Source of the DNA: an uncultured Ignavibacteriaceae bacterium
Lineage (GTDB): Bacteria > Bacteroidota > Ignavibacteria > Ignavibacteriales > Ignavibacteriaceae
Direction of reading: 5' to 3'
DNA: 64,000 nucleotides
Assembly: GCA_963812305.1 (NCBI GenBank)
Contig: CAWEUT010000025.1
Span: forward strand, 8,930-72,929
Both the position numbers and the translations under genes were made by a program. Below the pieces are notes generated by a model. That model had not been told where the DNA came from. It made no database searches and was given only the letters and a program-made list of their open reading frames with translations. Shown in pieces: positions 10,631-21,416 of the stretch. How positions within the stretch are numbered: position 1 is the first letter of the stretch; each line of letters begins with the position of its first letter.

Positions 10631-11788
10631 ATGAACATGAATACTATACCACCAAAAATACTAGTAGTTGATGACGAGCCTGATCTGGAATTACTTATTA
10701 ACCAGAAATTCAGGAGAGAGATTAAAGAAAATAAATACAATTTCATTTTCGCAAACAATGGTGTTGATGCTCTCAATAAATTAAATGACGACCCTGAAAT
10801 TGAGTTAGTCCTGACAGATATCAATATGCCTGAGATGGATGGTCTAACTCTACTAACTAAAATTAAAGAGTTAAAAAATCCTCTGATGCATTCCGTTATA
10901 GTATCTGCTTACGGTGATATTCTGAACATAAGAACTGCTATGAATGGCGGAGCATTTGATTTTATTGTAAAACCAATCGACCTTACCGATCTGGAAATCA
11001 CTATTAAAAAAGCAGTGGATAATCTTGCTACTTTTAAAAATGCACTGAAATCAAGAGATGAATTGATGGTTGTTCGTAAAGAACTGGAAGAAGCCAGAAC
11101 ACTTCAGCTTTCAATGCTTCCAAATTCTACTCCTCAAATCAGCGAACTTGAATTTGCCGTGTTTATGAATACCGCAAGCGAAGTTGGTGGAGATTATTAT
11201 GATTTTTCATTTAAAGTAGATGGCTCATTAAATATTGCTGTCGGAGATGCAACAGGACACGGTATGAGAGCCGGTATTATGGTTGCAATAATGAAAGCTC
11301 TTTTTATTTCTGATTCAGCAGAATTGGACCTAGTTGATTTCTTTAGCAACTCCAATAAAACTATAAAAGCTTTGAATCTCGGACGAATGATGATGGCATT
11401 TACAGTATTGAACATAAAAAACAATCAGGTTCAGTTTGTTAATGCAGGAATGCCTCCAATCTTTATTTATAAAAAATCAGACAACACCGTTACTGAATTT
11501 GAAACACAAGGCATGCCGCTTGGTGCTATTTCAGAATCCACTTTTAAGATAAATAAGTTTGATGTTGAAACCGGCGATGCAATATTAATTCTAAGTGATG
11601 GATTACCTGAGTTGAAGAATGAGAAGCATGAACAATATGATTATGCAAAAGTGAAAGATGAATTTAAGTCTGTTGCAGATAGGACCCCGAATGATGTAGT
11701 TGAATATTTAAAATCCTCTGCATCTGAATGGGCAAATGGTGTAGAGCCTGATGATGATGTTACGTTTGTGGTAATAAAAGTAAAATAA
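10631..11788 (+). CDS. Response regulator with a SpoIIE/PP2C phosphatase output (REC-PP2C)
   Basis: The ATG directly abuts the kinase stop codon (taaATG). REC motifs: KILVVDDEPD, LTDINMPEMDGLTLL, VSAYGD, VKPID. These are followed by ARTLQLSMLP and the SpoIIE motifs GGDYYDF, GDATGHGMRAG, NAGMPP, LSDGLPE, DDDVTFVVIKVK*. Confidence 0.9.
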   Translation: MNMNTIPPKILVVDDEPDLELLINQKFRREIKENKYNFIFANNGVDALNKLNDDPEIELVLTDINMPEMDGLTLLTKIKELKNPLMHSVIVSAYGDILNIRTAMNGGAFDFIVKPIDLTDLEITIKKAVDNLATFKNALKSRDELMVVRKELEEARTLQLSMLPNSTPQISELEFAVFMNTASEVGGDYYDFSFKVDGSLNIAVGDATGHGMRAGIMVAIMKALFISDSAELDLVDFFSNSNKTIKALNLGRMMMAFTVLNIKNNQVQFVNAGMPPIFIYKKSDNTVTEFETQGMPLGAISESTFKINKFDVETGDAILILSDGLPELKNEKHEQYDYAKVKDEFKSVADRTPNDVVEYLKSSASEWANGVEPDDDVTFVVIKVK

Positions 11789-11802
11789 ACTGGATAAAAT
11801 TT

Positions 11803-14800
11803 ATGAAGAAAATTAATACCCTACAGAGAGCACTTAAATATGTAGTATGCATACTGATATTGATGGCTTTTTATTCAAACACTTTTGCACAGAAAAAGCC
11901 GGTTAAGTTTAATCGTCTAACATCCAGCAATGGCTTATCCCAAAATAGAGTCAGCTCAATAGTGCAAGATCACGATGGATTTATTTGGATTGGCACTGAA
12001 GATGGTTTGAACAAATATGATGGATATAATTTTGAAATATTTAAAAGAAATCCAGGTGATAGTCTTTCATTAAACGATAATCAAGCCCTTGCTATGCATG
12101 TAGCCAAAGATGGAGCACTTTGGATTGGCGGCTCGCTAACCGGATTAAGCAGATACAATTCAGCAACAAAAACTTTTACCAGATACAATAACAATCATTC
12201 CGACCCAAACTCTTTGGCTGAGGATATAATTATTTCTTTTAGTGAAGACACCAAAGGTAACTTATGGATTGTTACTCAGAATAAAGGTTTTGATTACATG
12301 ATTGTGAGCGATGGAAAATTTATCCACATGGCAAACATGCTTCCACCCGATTATAAAATTCCGGAAGATAGAATCTATTTTATTCATCAGGACAAACAAA
12401 ATAATTTATGGATCGGTGCAGATGGAAAGGTACATTATTTCAAAATAAGTTATAGTGAAACCGGTGTTCCGAAATTGCAGCCAATAAAAATTGAAAATCA
12501 AATTCTTAAGACAGCGGCTACTTCTATTGAAGAAGATAATGATGGTAATATTTGGATTGGCACTCCTGGTGAAGGTCTTTTAAGATTTGATTATAAAGAT
12601 AAAGTCATCAGAAAATTTGAACCAATCGATAATAGTGACTTTATACATTCGCTAATAATCATAGCAATGGAAACTGATGAAACCGGTAATCTCTGGATTG
12701 GTGGAATTCCGATAGAAGAAAATCCTAATCCTAGAAACGACGAAACTGCGAATCCTACAATCGAAACAGTGCCTGGTTTATTAAAACTAAATATTCAGTC
12801 AAGAAAACTGCAGGGTTTTTTATCCGATCCCAAAGATGGAAATAGTGTTAGCAGTAATGGCATCATTTCATTATTAGTGGATAAAACTGGTGTGCTCTGG
12901 GTTGGAACTTTTCTTTCGGGACTTAATGTGTATGATAAATCAGTTATTAAATTTTCTTTAGTTAATACTGGTCAGGAAGACTTCAATGCTATCAGAGGAC
13001 CGATCAGAGGATTTTATATTGATGAGAACAAAATTTTGTGGATTGCCTCCCAAGGCAGCGGTTTAGTTTCTTATGATAGAAGTAAAGATAAATATGAGTT
13101 TTTTACATACCGGGAAAATGATCCCTCATCTATCAGCAGTGATATTGTTCGCTGTAGTTACGATGATGGAAAATACATGTGGATTGGAACCGAGGAGGGG
13201 TTAAACAGATTTGATAAAAAAACTAAAACATTTAAAAGATTTTATATCGACCCTTCAAATCCAAAATTTAATGTTAACGGAATTAATTATAATATAATCG
13301 AAATAGATAATATGCCCGGCTATTTATGGTTCGGTACAAACGGAAGCGGGTTGGTTCGGTTTGATAAAGAGAAGGAAACATTTAAAAAGTATACTTATGA
13401 TCCGGAAGATGCAGCCAGCTTAAGCAGTAGAGCTAACTTTGTTAGAACTGTTTGGTATTCAAAATCCCGACCGGATGAGCTATGGGCAGGAACCACAAAT
13501 GGAATTAATATTCTGAACCTTAAGACAGAGACGTTTCGATATTATAATTATGACCCAAAAGATTCTTCCAGTTTGAGTCACCCGAATGTGATGCATTTCT
13601 ACGAGGATAAATCCGGATTTGTTTGGGTAGCAACTTATGGAGGCGGATTAAATCGGTTTGATCCTAAAACACAAAAATTTTTACGCTTTACACAAGAGAA
13701 CAGTGATCTTCCAAACAACGGAGTTTATGGAATATTAGCAGATGAAAATGGAAATCTCTGGATATCAACTAATAGTGGAATAACTAAATTTAATCCGAGC
13801 ACATTTCATTTTAGAAATTATACTGTAGATGATGGATTACAGAGCGAAGAGTTCAACGGAGGAGCATATTATAAATCACCGGATGGTGAAATGTTTTTCG
13901 GCGGTATTAAGGGATACAATTCATTTTATCCTTCTGAGGTTACGGACAATAAATTTATTCCAGCTATTGTTTTAACAGATATAAAAATATTTAATGAATC
14001 CATAAAAGTTGGAGAAGATTCACCTCTAAAAAAACAAGTTTCAAAAACTGATGAAATAGTTTTATCATATTGGCAGAATGATATTTCATTCGAGTATGTA
14101 GCATTGCATTATTCAAATCCATCAAAAAATAAATATGCTTTTAAGCTGGAGAATTATGAAGATGAATGGCGCTATGTAGGTAATGTAAGAATAGCTACAT
14201 ACACAAATCTTGATCCCGGTGAATATGTATTTAGAGTTAAAGGATCAAACAATGATGGATTGTGGAATGAAGAAGGTAAGTCAATCCGGCTTATAATTAA
14301 ACCTCCGTGGTGGAAAACAAATTGGGCTTATGCTTCGTACTTTGTACTCTTTTTGGTTGGCGGATTTTCATTCGACAGATATCAGAGATCCAGGATAAAA
14401 GGTATTGAACAAAGAAGAGCACAGTTAGCATTACTCCGTGCTGAAAATCAGCGCAAGACACAAGAGCTTGAAGAAGCACGTCAGCTTCAGCTATCAATGC
14501 TTCCGAAAGTGCTGCCGCAATTACCGCATCTTGATATTGCTGTTTATATGAAAACCGCAACGGAAGTTGGCGGTGATTATTATGATTTTCATGTTGGTAT
14601 GGATGGAACTTTAACAGTTGTTATTGGTGATGCAACCGGACACGGAATGAGAGCAGGAACTATGGTAACAACCACAAAAAGTTTATTCAGTTCACACGCA
14701 TCAAATCCTGATATACTTTTTACATTCCAGGAAATTACCAGATGCATAAAAACTATGAATATGCATATGCTTTCAATGTGTCTTTCAATATTGAAGATTC

Positions 14801-15171
14801 AGGGAAATAAGATGCAGATATCCGCAGCGGGTATGCCTCCTGCTTTATTATACCGAAGCAAAACAAAATCAGTTGAAGAGATTGTTCTAAAAGGAATGCC
14901 GCTTGGAGCAGTGCAGGATTTCCCTTATGAATTAAGAGTAACAGAAATTTCTACAGGTGATACAATCTTTCTAATGAGTGATGGATTACCTGAATTATTC
15001 AATAAAGAGAAAGAAATGTTTGGATACGAAAGAGTAATGGATATTTACAAAAACTCTGCAAGTAAAAATCCTGAAGAGATAATTGAAGAGCTTAAGAATG
15101 CAGGAAATAGTTGGACAAACGATGAAGCACCAGATGATGATGTAACTTTTGTTGTAATAAAAGTTAAGTAA
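11803..15171 (+). CDS. Reg_prop beta-propeller / Y_Y_Y sensor - TM - coiled coil - SpoIIE phosphatase
   Basis: Intact 1122-aa ORF that starts 14 nt after the previous stop. It has a signal peptide, many propeller blades (DHDGFIWIGTEDGLNKYDGYNF etc.), Y_Y_Y (ISFEYVALHYSNPSKNKYAFKLENYEDEW...YTNLDPGEYVFRVKGSNNDGLWNE), TM WAYASYFVLFLVGGFSF, and a SpoIIE domain about 85-90 percent identical by eye to that of 2080..5908. Confidence 0.9.
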   Translation: MKKINTLQRALKYVVCILILMAFYSNTFAQKKPVKFNRLTSSNGLSQNRVSSIVQDHDGFIWIGTEDGLNKYDGYNFEIFKRNPGDSLSLNDNQALAMHVAKDGALWIGGSLTGLSRYNSATKTFTRYNNNHSDPNSLAEDIIISFSEDTKGNLWIVTQNKGFDYMIVSDGKFIHMANMLPPDYKIPEDRIYFIHQDKQNNLWIGADGKVHYFKISYSETGVPKLQPIKIENQILKTAATSIEEDNDGNIWIGTPGEGLLRFDYKDKVIRKFEPIDNSDFIHSLIIIAMETDETGNLWIGGIPIEENPNPRNDETANPTIETVPGLLKLNIQSRKLQGFLSDPKDGNSVSSNGIISLLVDKTGVLWVGTFLSGLNVYDKSVIKFSLVNTGQEDFNAIRGPIRGFYIDENKILWIASQGSGLVSYDRSKDKYEFFTYRENDPSSISSDIVRCSYDDGKYMWIGTEEGLNRFDKKTKTFKRFYIDPSNPKFNVNGINYNIIEIDNMPGYLWFGTNGSGLVRFDKEKETFKKYTYDPEDAASLSSRANFVRTVWYSKSRPDELWAGTTNGINILNLKTETFRYYNYDPKDSSSLSHPNVMHFYEDKSGFVWVATYGGGLNRFDPKTQKFLRFTQENSDLPNNGVYGILADENGNLWISTNSGITKFNPSTFHFRNYTVDDGLQSEEFNGGAYYKSPDGEMFFGGIKGYNSFYPSEVTDNKFIPAIVLTDIKIFNESIKVGEDSPLKKQVSKTDEIVLSYWQNDISFEYVALHYSNPSKNKYAFKLENYEDEWRYVGNVRIATYTNLDPGEYVFRVKGSNNDGLWNEEGKSIRLIIKPPWWKTNWAYASYFVLFLVGGFSFDRYQRSRIKGIEQRRAQLALLRAENQRKTQELEEARQLQLSMLPKVLPQLPHLDIAVYMKTATEVGGDYYDFHVGMDGTLTVVIGDATGHGMRAGTMVTTTKSLFSSHASNPDILFTFQEITRCIKTMNMHMLSMCLSILKIQGNKMQISAAGMPPALLYRSKTKSVEEIVLKGMPLGAVQDFPYELRVTEISTGDTIFLMSDGLPELFNKEKEMFGYERVMDIYKNSASKNPEEIIEELKNAGNSWTNDEAPDDDVTFVVIKVK

Positions 15172-15183
15172 AAAAAATAATAG

Positions 15184-15345
15184 CCCCGAACTTTTAGGGT
15201 CTGTTGCAGAAGTCAACTGAGTGTCATTTCGACCCCGATTCATCGGGGGAGAAATCCTTTATACTATACAGTAGAAAGATTTCTCAGTCGAAGACTCCTT
15301 CGAAATGACCTGAAAAAGTTATGCAACAGACTCTAAAGGACGAAG
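15184..15345. repeat. Nested palindromic intergenic element (outer arms enclosing a second copy of the 223-314 element)
   Basis: The outer arms are ccccgaacttttagggtctgttgca (15184-) and tgcaacagactctaaaggacg (-15345). The inner element is tgtcatttcgaccccgattcatcgggggagaaatc ... gatttctcagtcgaagactccttcgaaatgac (15222-15309). Confidence 0.7.
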
Positions 15346-15436
15346 CAAACTAAAGAATTATCTGAGATTGCTTTATTCTGCAAAACCAGGATTCGTAATG
15401 ACAAACAATTGTGAATAAATTTTAAAAGAAAGATCA

Positions 15437-18400
15437 ATGAAAAGGAATCCAATGTTTAGAATAAAAGTTTTATCACAACTATTTTTTGCGATATTATGTT
15501 TGATTTTAGCAACTTCAAACTACGCACAACGAAACTACCTATTTGAAAATATCTCGGTGCCCGAAGGACTCTCGAATTCTACAGTCAATTATATCTTTCA
15601 GGACAGCAATGGATTTCTCTGGATTTCTACAGCAGACGGACTAAACAGATACGATGGAAATAGTATAAAAGTATTTAAAAACGATCCAAATGATTCTACT
15701 ACGATTCCAACTAATGATTGTTCTGCCATTGCAGAAGATGCGGATGGATTTATCTGGGTCGGTGTTTCCAGGAATGCCATTACAAGATACGATCCGAAAA
15801 ATGAAACCTTTCAAAGTTATCGCATAGAAACCGCCGGTGTAACTAACCCATCATACTTTTATTCTGCTCTTTTTGATTCTAAAGGAAATTTGTGGTTTGG
15901 GTCCACGAATCATGGAATACAAAAATTCAACAAATCAAAAAATAAATTTGAACAGGTACGTCTTGAAGTTTCTAATAATAATGCTCAATGGGGTAATATT
16001 TTTAGTATAGTTGAATTAAAGAATGGAAATATTATAGTTGCTGATTATGGTAACGGCATTAAAACATACAATGAAAAACTGAATGTATTTCAGCCCTATT
16101 ACTTAAATACAAATTTTAGTCCGAATGAAATTCAGGTTATTTACGAGGATGCATCCGGATATATTTGGCTTGGCGGCAGAAATCAATTAATAAAATATTC
16201 GCCATCATTTTACACACTCGATAATTACGATTTATCCGGCTTAATCAAAAATCCCACTAATTACGATAACGTTACCGGAATAGCGCAGGATGATGAGGGA
16301 TATATATGGGCTGGGGTCTATTCACAAGGACTTTATAGAATTGAACCGAAGACAAAAAATATTCAGCAATTTGATTACAATATTTATGAATTAAACAACT
16401 TTGGTCGCAATATTATTTCTAATATTTATAAAGACAGATACGGAGTAATCTGGATTGGCATTTGGGGAAAAGGAGTTACAAAATTCGACCCGCTTAGAGA
16501 ACCTTTTAATTTCCATAAGTTTATCACCAATGACATTGCAAATTCTAATGCAAATTTTTCAACCGTAATTTCGGGTTCACATCAGAGTAAGGAAATAGTA
16601 GTTGGAACTTCTGAGAAGGGTTTATTTACTTACAATCTCGAAAATCAAAAGTCCGATAAATTGAATTTCACTCCTGGCAAATCTAATGTTTCAGATGAGA
16701 AGATAAACATTCAGGCTCTTGCTATTGACAATGCGGGGAATAAATGGTTCGCATATAATAATCTCGGTCTGCACAAAATTGATAAGAATAATTTACTAAG
16801 CACTATTCAATCACCTCATAAAAATAAAACTTCAATTTATTATATAAATTCAATTAAAATAGATTTATCGGGTAATATCTTGATGGCATCAAGACAGGGA
16901 TTTGAGAAATATAATCCTGTCCAAAATCAATACACACTCTTACCTACTATTATGAATAAACCAATGAGTGAAAATCTTAAAAATAAAATTCATAAAATAT
17001 CAGAATCCGGTGAGCCAATAGCTTCAATATTAAAAGTTGGTGAAGCATCTAATTTAGAAAAAACATTTTCTTTGAATCAGGATAAAAAAGTTTTGATAAT
17101 TTGTGTTGGTGAAGGTGAAATGAATAATGCCGGCATAGGTCTTTCAGATGCCGGATCACTTTTAACTGAAGATGGCAAAACGATCTGGTCAATGAATGAT
17201 TTATTCAAAACATTTAATGATGGTGGAGCATTTAAAAACCGTATTGCACTTGGATGTTTGAATCTAAAGAAAGGTGATTATAAAATTTCATACGCAACGG
17301 ATGTTGGGCATTCTTACGGAACCTGGAATGCAATTGCACCACCAGATTCAATGTGGTATGGGATTCAGGTTTTGAGTTTAAATGAGTCTGATTATAACAA
17401 CATTAATGAAATGAATGAAAAAGAAATCAACTCCGATAAATTTATGCCGATGGAAGTAGGAACCTGTATTGAATTTAGTAAGCGGTTCAACAATGTTCTC
17501 TGGTTAGGCTCAAGTGCAAGTGGGTTTTTTAAGTATGATCTGGAAGCAGGAAATTTTAAGCAATACAATTTTGATAATAAAAGTGTTAATTCTCTAAACA
17601 ATTATATTAATTACATTTTTGAGGATAGTAAAGGAATAGTCTGGATTGCCACAGCAAACAGTTTATTAAGATTTGATCCGACTTCAGAAAAAATTGATAA
17701 GTATGATCAAAAAGATGGTCTGCCTTCAAATCAAATAAATTCTATTGTTGAAGATCTTGATGGAAATCTCTGGATAAACACATCTGCCGGGTTGTCCAAA
17801 CTAAATAAAAATATTTCTAGGGATAAGTGGAACTTTGTAAATTTTAATGCTCAAGATGGTCTTCAGGGTTTTACCTCCAGCAAGGCAAACTGGATAGGTA
17901 AAGATGGCGAGATATTTTTAGGAGGCATAGATGGCTTTACTTATTTCTATCCGGGAAAAATAAATGAGACAAAACCTGATATAGTAATTGAAGATATAAA
18001 AGTTTCTGATATATCTCTTAAATCAGATTCGGCTGTTGTGAAGCTGGAAAAAAGTATAATGAAAACTGATGAGCTGGCTCTTTCTTATACACAAAATAAC
18101 ATCTCATTTGAATTTGCATCCATACATTTTTCAAGACCAGAAAAAAATAAAATTATTTATATGCTGGAAGGATTTAATGATCATTGGATAGCTGCTGATA
18201 GAAATTTTGCTTCTTACACAAATTTAAATCCCGGCGAATATACCTTTAGAGTAAAAGGATCAAATGGTGATGGAATCTGGAATGATGAAGGAAAATCAAT
18301 TCGAATAATTATAGCACCGCCATGGTGGAGAACTACTTCAGCTTATGTTGGATATTTCTTCTTATTTGCCGGAGTAGTGTTTGGAATAGATAGGATTCAA

Positions 18401-19207
18401 CGAAGAAGAATTGTAAACAAAGAACGTAATGCCGCCGCAATTAAAGAAGCTAACCTGCGTGCACAGCTTGCAGAAACTGAAAACGAACGTAAGTCAAAAG
18501 AATTGGAAGAAGCTCGGCAACTCCAGCTTTCTATGCTTCCAAAAGTTTTGCCGCAATTATCGCATCTTGATATTGCAGTTTATATGAAAACAGCAACAGA
18601 AGTCGGCGGCGATTATTATGATTTTAATGTTGGCATGGATGGAACTTTAACAGTTGTACTTGGTGATGCAACGGGACACGGAATGAGAGCAGGAACGATG
18701 GTTACTTCTGCTAAATCTTTGTTCAACAGTTACGCTGCAAATCCGGATATAATTTTTACTTTCAGAGAAATGACGCGATGTATAAAACAAATGCAATTCC
18801 AATCTCTTGCAATGAGTATGATGATGTTAAAAATTAAGAACAACAAACTACTGATGTCCTCTGCAGGAATGCCTCCTGCTTATCTATTCCGAAACAAGCA
18901 TAAAATAATTGAAGAATATTTAATTGAAGGAATGCCATTGGGAACAATGGATAATTTTCCTTATGAATTAAAAGAAATGGAATTGTTTTCCGGTGATACA
19001 ATATTATTAATGAGCGACGGTTTTCCAGAACTAAACAATCAGCATAATGAAATGTTTGGCTACAGACGTGCCAGAAATTCATTTGAAGAAGTAGCAGAAA
19101 AAGATCCTGAAAAAATTATTACTTATCTAAAAGAAGATGGTAATCGCTGGTCTGAAAATAAAGAGCCTGATGATGATGTTACGTTTGTGGTAATAAAAGT
19201 TAAGTAA
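15437..19207 (+). CDS. Reg_prop beta-propeller / Y_Y_Y sensor (with an inserted domain) - TM - coiled coil - SpoIIE phosphatase
   Basis: Intact 1256-aa ORF. It has a signal peptide, propeller blades, an inserted domain of about 165 aa (16950-17450) shared only with 2080..5908, Y_Y_Y (ISFEFASIHFSRPEKNKIIYMLEGFNDHW...YTNLNPGEYTFRVKGSNGDGIWND), TM AYVGYFFLFAGVVFGI, and SpoIIE motifs ending DDDVTFVVIKVK*. Confidence 0.9.
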   Translation: MKRNPMFRIKVLSQLFFAILCLILATSNYAQRNYLFENISVPEGLSNSTVNYIFQDSNGFLWISTADGLNRYDGNSIKVFKNDPNDSTTIPTNDCSAIAEDADGFIWVGVSRNAITRYDPKNETFQSYRIETAGVTNPSYFYSALFDSKGNLWFGSTNHGIQKFNKSKNKFEQVRLEVSNNNAQWGNIFSIVELKNGNIIVADYGNGIKTYNEKLNVFQPYYLNTNFSPNEIQVIYEDASGYIWLGGRNQLIKYSPSFYTLDNYDLSGLIKNPTNYDNVTGIAQDDEGYIWAGVYSQGLYRIEPKTKNIQQFDYNIYELNNFGRNIISNIYKDRYGVIWIGIWGKGVTKFDPLREPFNFHKFITNDIANSNANFSTVISGSHQSKEIVVGTSEKGLFTYNLENQKSDKLNFTPGKSNVSDEKINIQALAIDNAGNKWFAYNNLGLHKIDKNNLLSTIQSPHKNKTSIYYINSIKIDLSGNILMASRQGFEKYNPVQNQYTLLPTIMNKPMSENLKNKIHKISESGEPIASILKVGEASNLEKTFSLNQDKKVLIICVGEGEMNNAGIGLSDAGSLLTEDGKTIWSMNDLFKTFNDGGAFKNRIALGCLNLKKGDYKISYATDVGHSYGTWNAIAPPDSMWYGIQVLSLNESDYNNINEMNEKEINSDKFMPMEVGTCIEFSKRFNNVLWLGSSASGFFKYDLEAGNFKQYNFDNKSVNSLNNYINYIFEDSKGIVWIATANSLLRFDPTSEKIDKYDQKDGLPSNQINSIVEDLDGNLWINTSAGLSKLNKNISRDKWNFVNFNAQDGLQGFTSSKANWIGKDGEIFLGGIDGFTYFYPGKINETKPDIVIEDIKVSDISLKSDSAVVKLEKSIMKTDELALSYTQNNISFEFASIHFSRPEKNKIIYMLEGFNDHWIAADRNFASYTNLNPGEYTFRVKGSNGDGIWNDEGKSIRIIIAPPWWRTTSAYVGYFFLFAGVVFGIDRIQRRRIVNKERNAAAIKEANLRAQLAETENERKSKELEEARQLQLSMLPKVLPQLSHLDIAVYMKTATEVGGDYYDFNVGMDGTLTVVLGDATGHGMRAGTMVTSAKSLFNSYAANPDIIFTFREMTRCIKQMQFQSLAMSMMMLKIKNNKLLMSSAGMPPAYLFRNKHKIIEEYLIEGMPLGTMDNFPYELKEMELFSGDTILLMSDGFPELNNQHNEMFGYRRARNSFEEVAEKDPEKIITYLKEDGNRWSENKEPDDDVTFVVIKVK

Positions 19208-19291
19208 AATAGATCATGAGTATATCTTATATCCCGAACCGGAGATTAATTATATCTCAATATTTGAAAATTATTATAAAGGATTCATTTA

Positions 19292-21380
19292 GTGAAAAAA
19301 AATATGGGCTTCATATTTCTGTATTTGCTGACTTTTACCGCAATTAGTTATTCCCAAAATAAAGATACGCTCTACATAACAGCTGATAGTCTTGCTAGTA
19401 CTGAGTATTACTTAGGTAGGTGGGATAAAGCTGATTGGTATTATAAATCTGGAGATGATCCTTCGTGGGCGCTTCCAGAGTATAACCACAGTGATTGGGA
19501 TACGGTTAACTCGTTTTTGCAAATTGGGAAATTTGATCAAAGTGAATGGAAAGGTGTTGCATGGTTAAGAATAGTATTTGAAATTGATTCTTCGCTTAAA
19601 GGTAAAACGGTTGGTCTTAAGAATGCACCACGACGGAGCTTCGGAAATTTATTTAAATGGTAAAAAAGTATTAACCTTTGGCGAAATCGGTAAAAATGCT
19701 GATGAAGAAAAGCCTTATGATCCCAATTTTTTTCCTACAACAATAAGTCTCGATACCAGTTCTGTTTACACACTAGCAGTAAGAATTTCAAATCAGGAAG
19801 CAGTAAAGCACGAATATCTTTATAATAAATTTATTGGTCACATAGGGGTTAGTATTAATCTGTTCGATAATAATACTCAGAGTAAAAAGATATTAGAAAG
19901 TCATTATAAAGGATTTTCTTTTGATTGGGGTATCAAGGGATTTAGTTTAGCCTTCGCTGTTATATTTATTTTACTATACTTTTTCTATTCAAAACAGAAA
20001 GAAAATCTTTTTTTCTCATTATTTGTTTTCGGTATATTTTTAATTTTTACAGCGGCAACAATTGAGTATATATTTAAAAATTCTTTTTATGTTGTCGTAT
20101 TTGCACGCTTTCTAGGTTTTATTTCGTTTACTATCATCTTTATCAACTTATTACTTTTCTTATATCAAATCGTTTACAAAAAAACAATCAAGTTATTTTG
20201 GTTTTTTCTAATCGTCTTTCTCATTATTAATTTTATAATATTCTTTAGCTTTGACCAACTAACTTCAAATAGCCTTCCCATGTTAATTGGGGTAGCAATT
20301 CTTGGAATAGAGACTGTGAGAGTAATTGTCATCGGTATTAGAAAAAAAATTCCGAACATTAAAATAATAGCCGGCGGAATAGGTGTTTCTCTAACACTGA
20401 TTTTTTTCTTTGTTACTTTGTTTTTGAGTGAACTTTATTTTGAATGGCTTGAGACATCATTTGACTATTTGTTTCCAATACTTATCTGTTCAATTCCTCT
20501 TTCTATGGCTATTTATCTCGCTAAAACTTTTGCTAAAACAAATAAAGATCTCGGGGAACAAATAATAACAATTCAGGAAATGTCTGAGAGACAAATTGAA
20601 CAGGAAAGGAAAAACGCCGAGCTACAATTAGAAGCTGAACGGGAACGTGTTGAGAATGAACGTAAATCAGAAGAATTAGAAGCGGCTAGACAGATTCAGA
20701 TTTCAATGCTGCCTACAGAACTGCCAAATCTTCCGAGCCTTGATATTGCAGTTTATATGAAAACCGCAACAGAAGTTGGCGGAGACTACTATGATTTTCG
20801 TGTTGGTCAGGATGGAATATTAAATATCGCTCTTGGTGATGCTACTGGCCACGGCTTGCAGGCAGGAACTCTTGTAACAATTATGAAAGGCATATTTACT
20901 CTCGAATCAGAAAACAACGACGTACTCTCTTTCTTTGAAAAATCAGTGAAAGCGCTAAAAGAAATTAAACTAGGCAGATTGATGATGGCGTTTGCTTTCC
21001 TGAAAATTAAAGGGAACCAGTTATCGCTTTCGAATGCTGGAGTCCCTCCGGTTTACATTTACAGACATAACAATAAGGAAGTGGAAGAAATTGATAACAA
21101 GGGAATGCCTCTCGGAGCTATGAATAATTATCCATACAAAGAAACAAAAACCGAATTAAACTCTGGAGATGTAATATTCTTGTTGAGCGATGGTTTTCCT
21201 GAATTGAAAAGTAAAGAGAAAGAACCTTTCGGTTACGAAAGAGTTATAAAAACATTTAAGGAAACCGGAGAAAGATCAGCGGAAGCAATAATTGAGCACT
21301 TAAGGAACACGGTAAAAGAGTGGTCAGGTGTAAATGTGCCAGACGATGATGTTACGTTTGTGGTGATAAAGGTTAAGTAG
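19292..21380 (+). pseudogene. 7TMR-DISM-type receptor (DISMED2-like extracellular domain + 7 TM) fused to a SpoIIE phosphatase; one frameshift as assembled
   Basis: Fragments are 19292..19663 and 19578..21380. The joined reading ...GVAWLRIVFEIDSSLKGKTVGL(R)MHHDGASEIYLNGKKV is restored by dropping one A near 19620. A signal peptide and a jelly-roll-like N-domain are followed by about 7 hydrophobic helices (19930-20540), a coiled coil, ARQIQISMLP, and SpoIIE motifs ending DDDVTFVVIKVK*. Confidence 0.8.
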
Positions 21381-21416
21381 GACATTTATAAAAATTATAA
21401 AAACATATTATATGAT

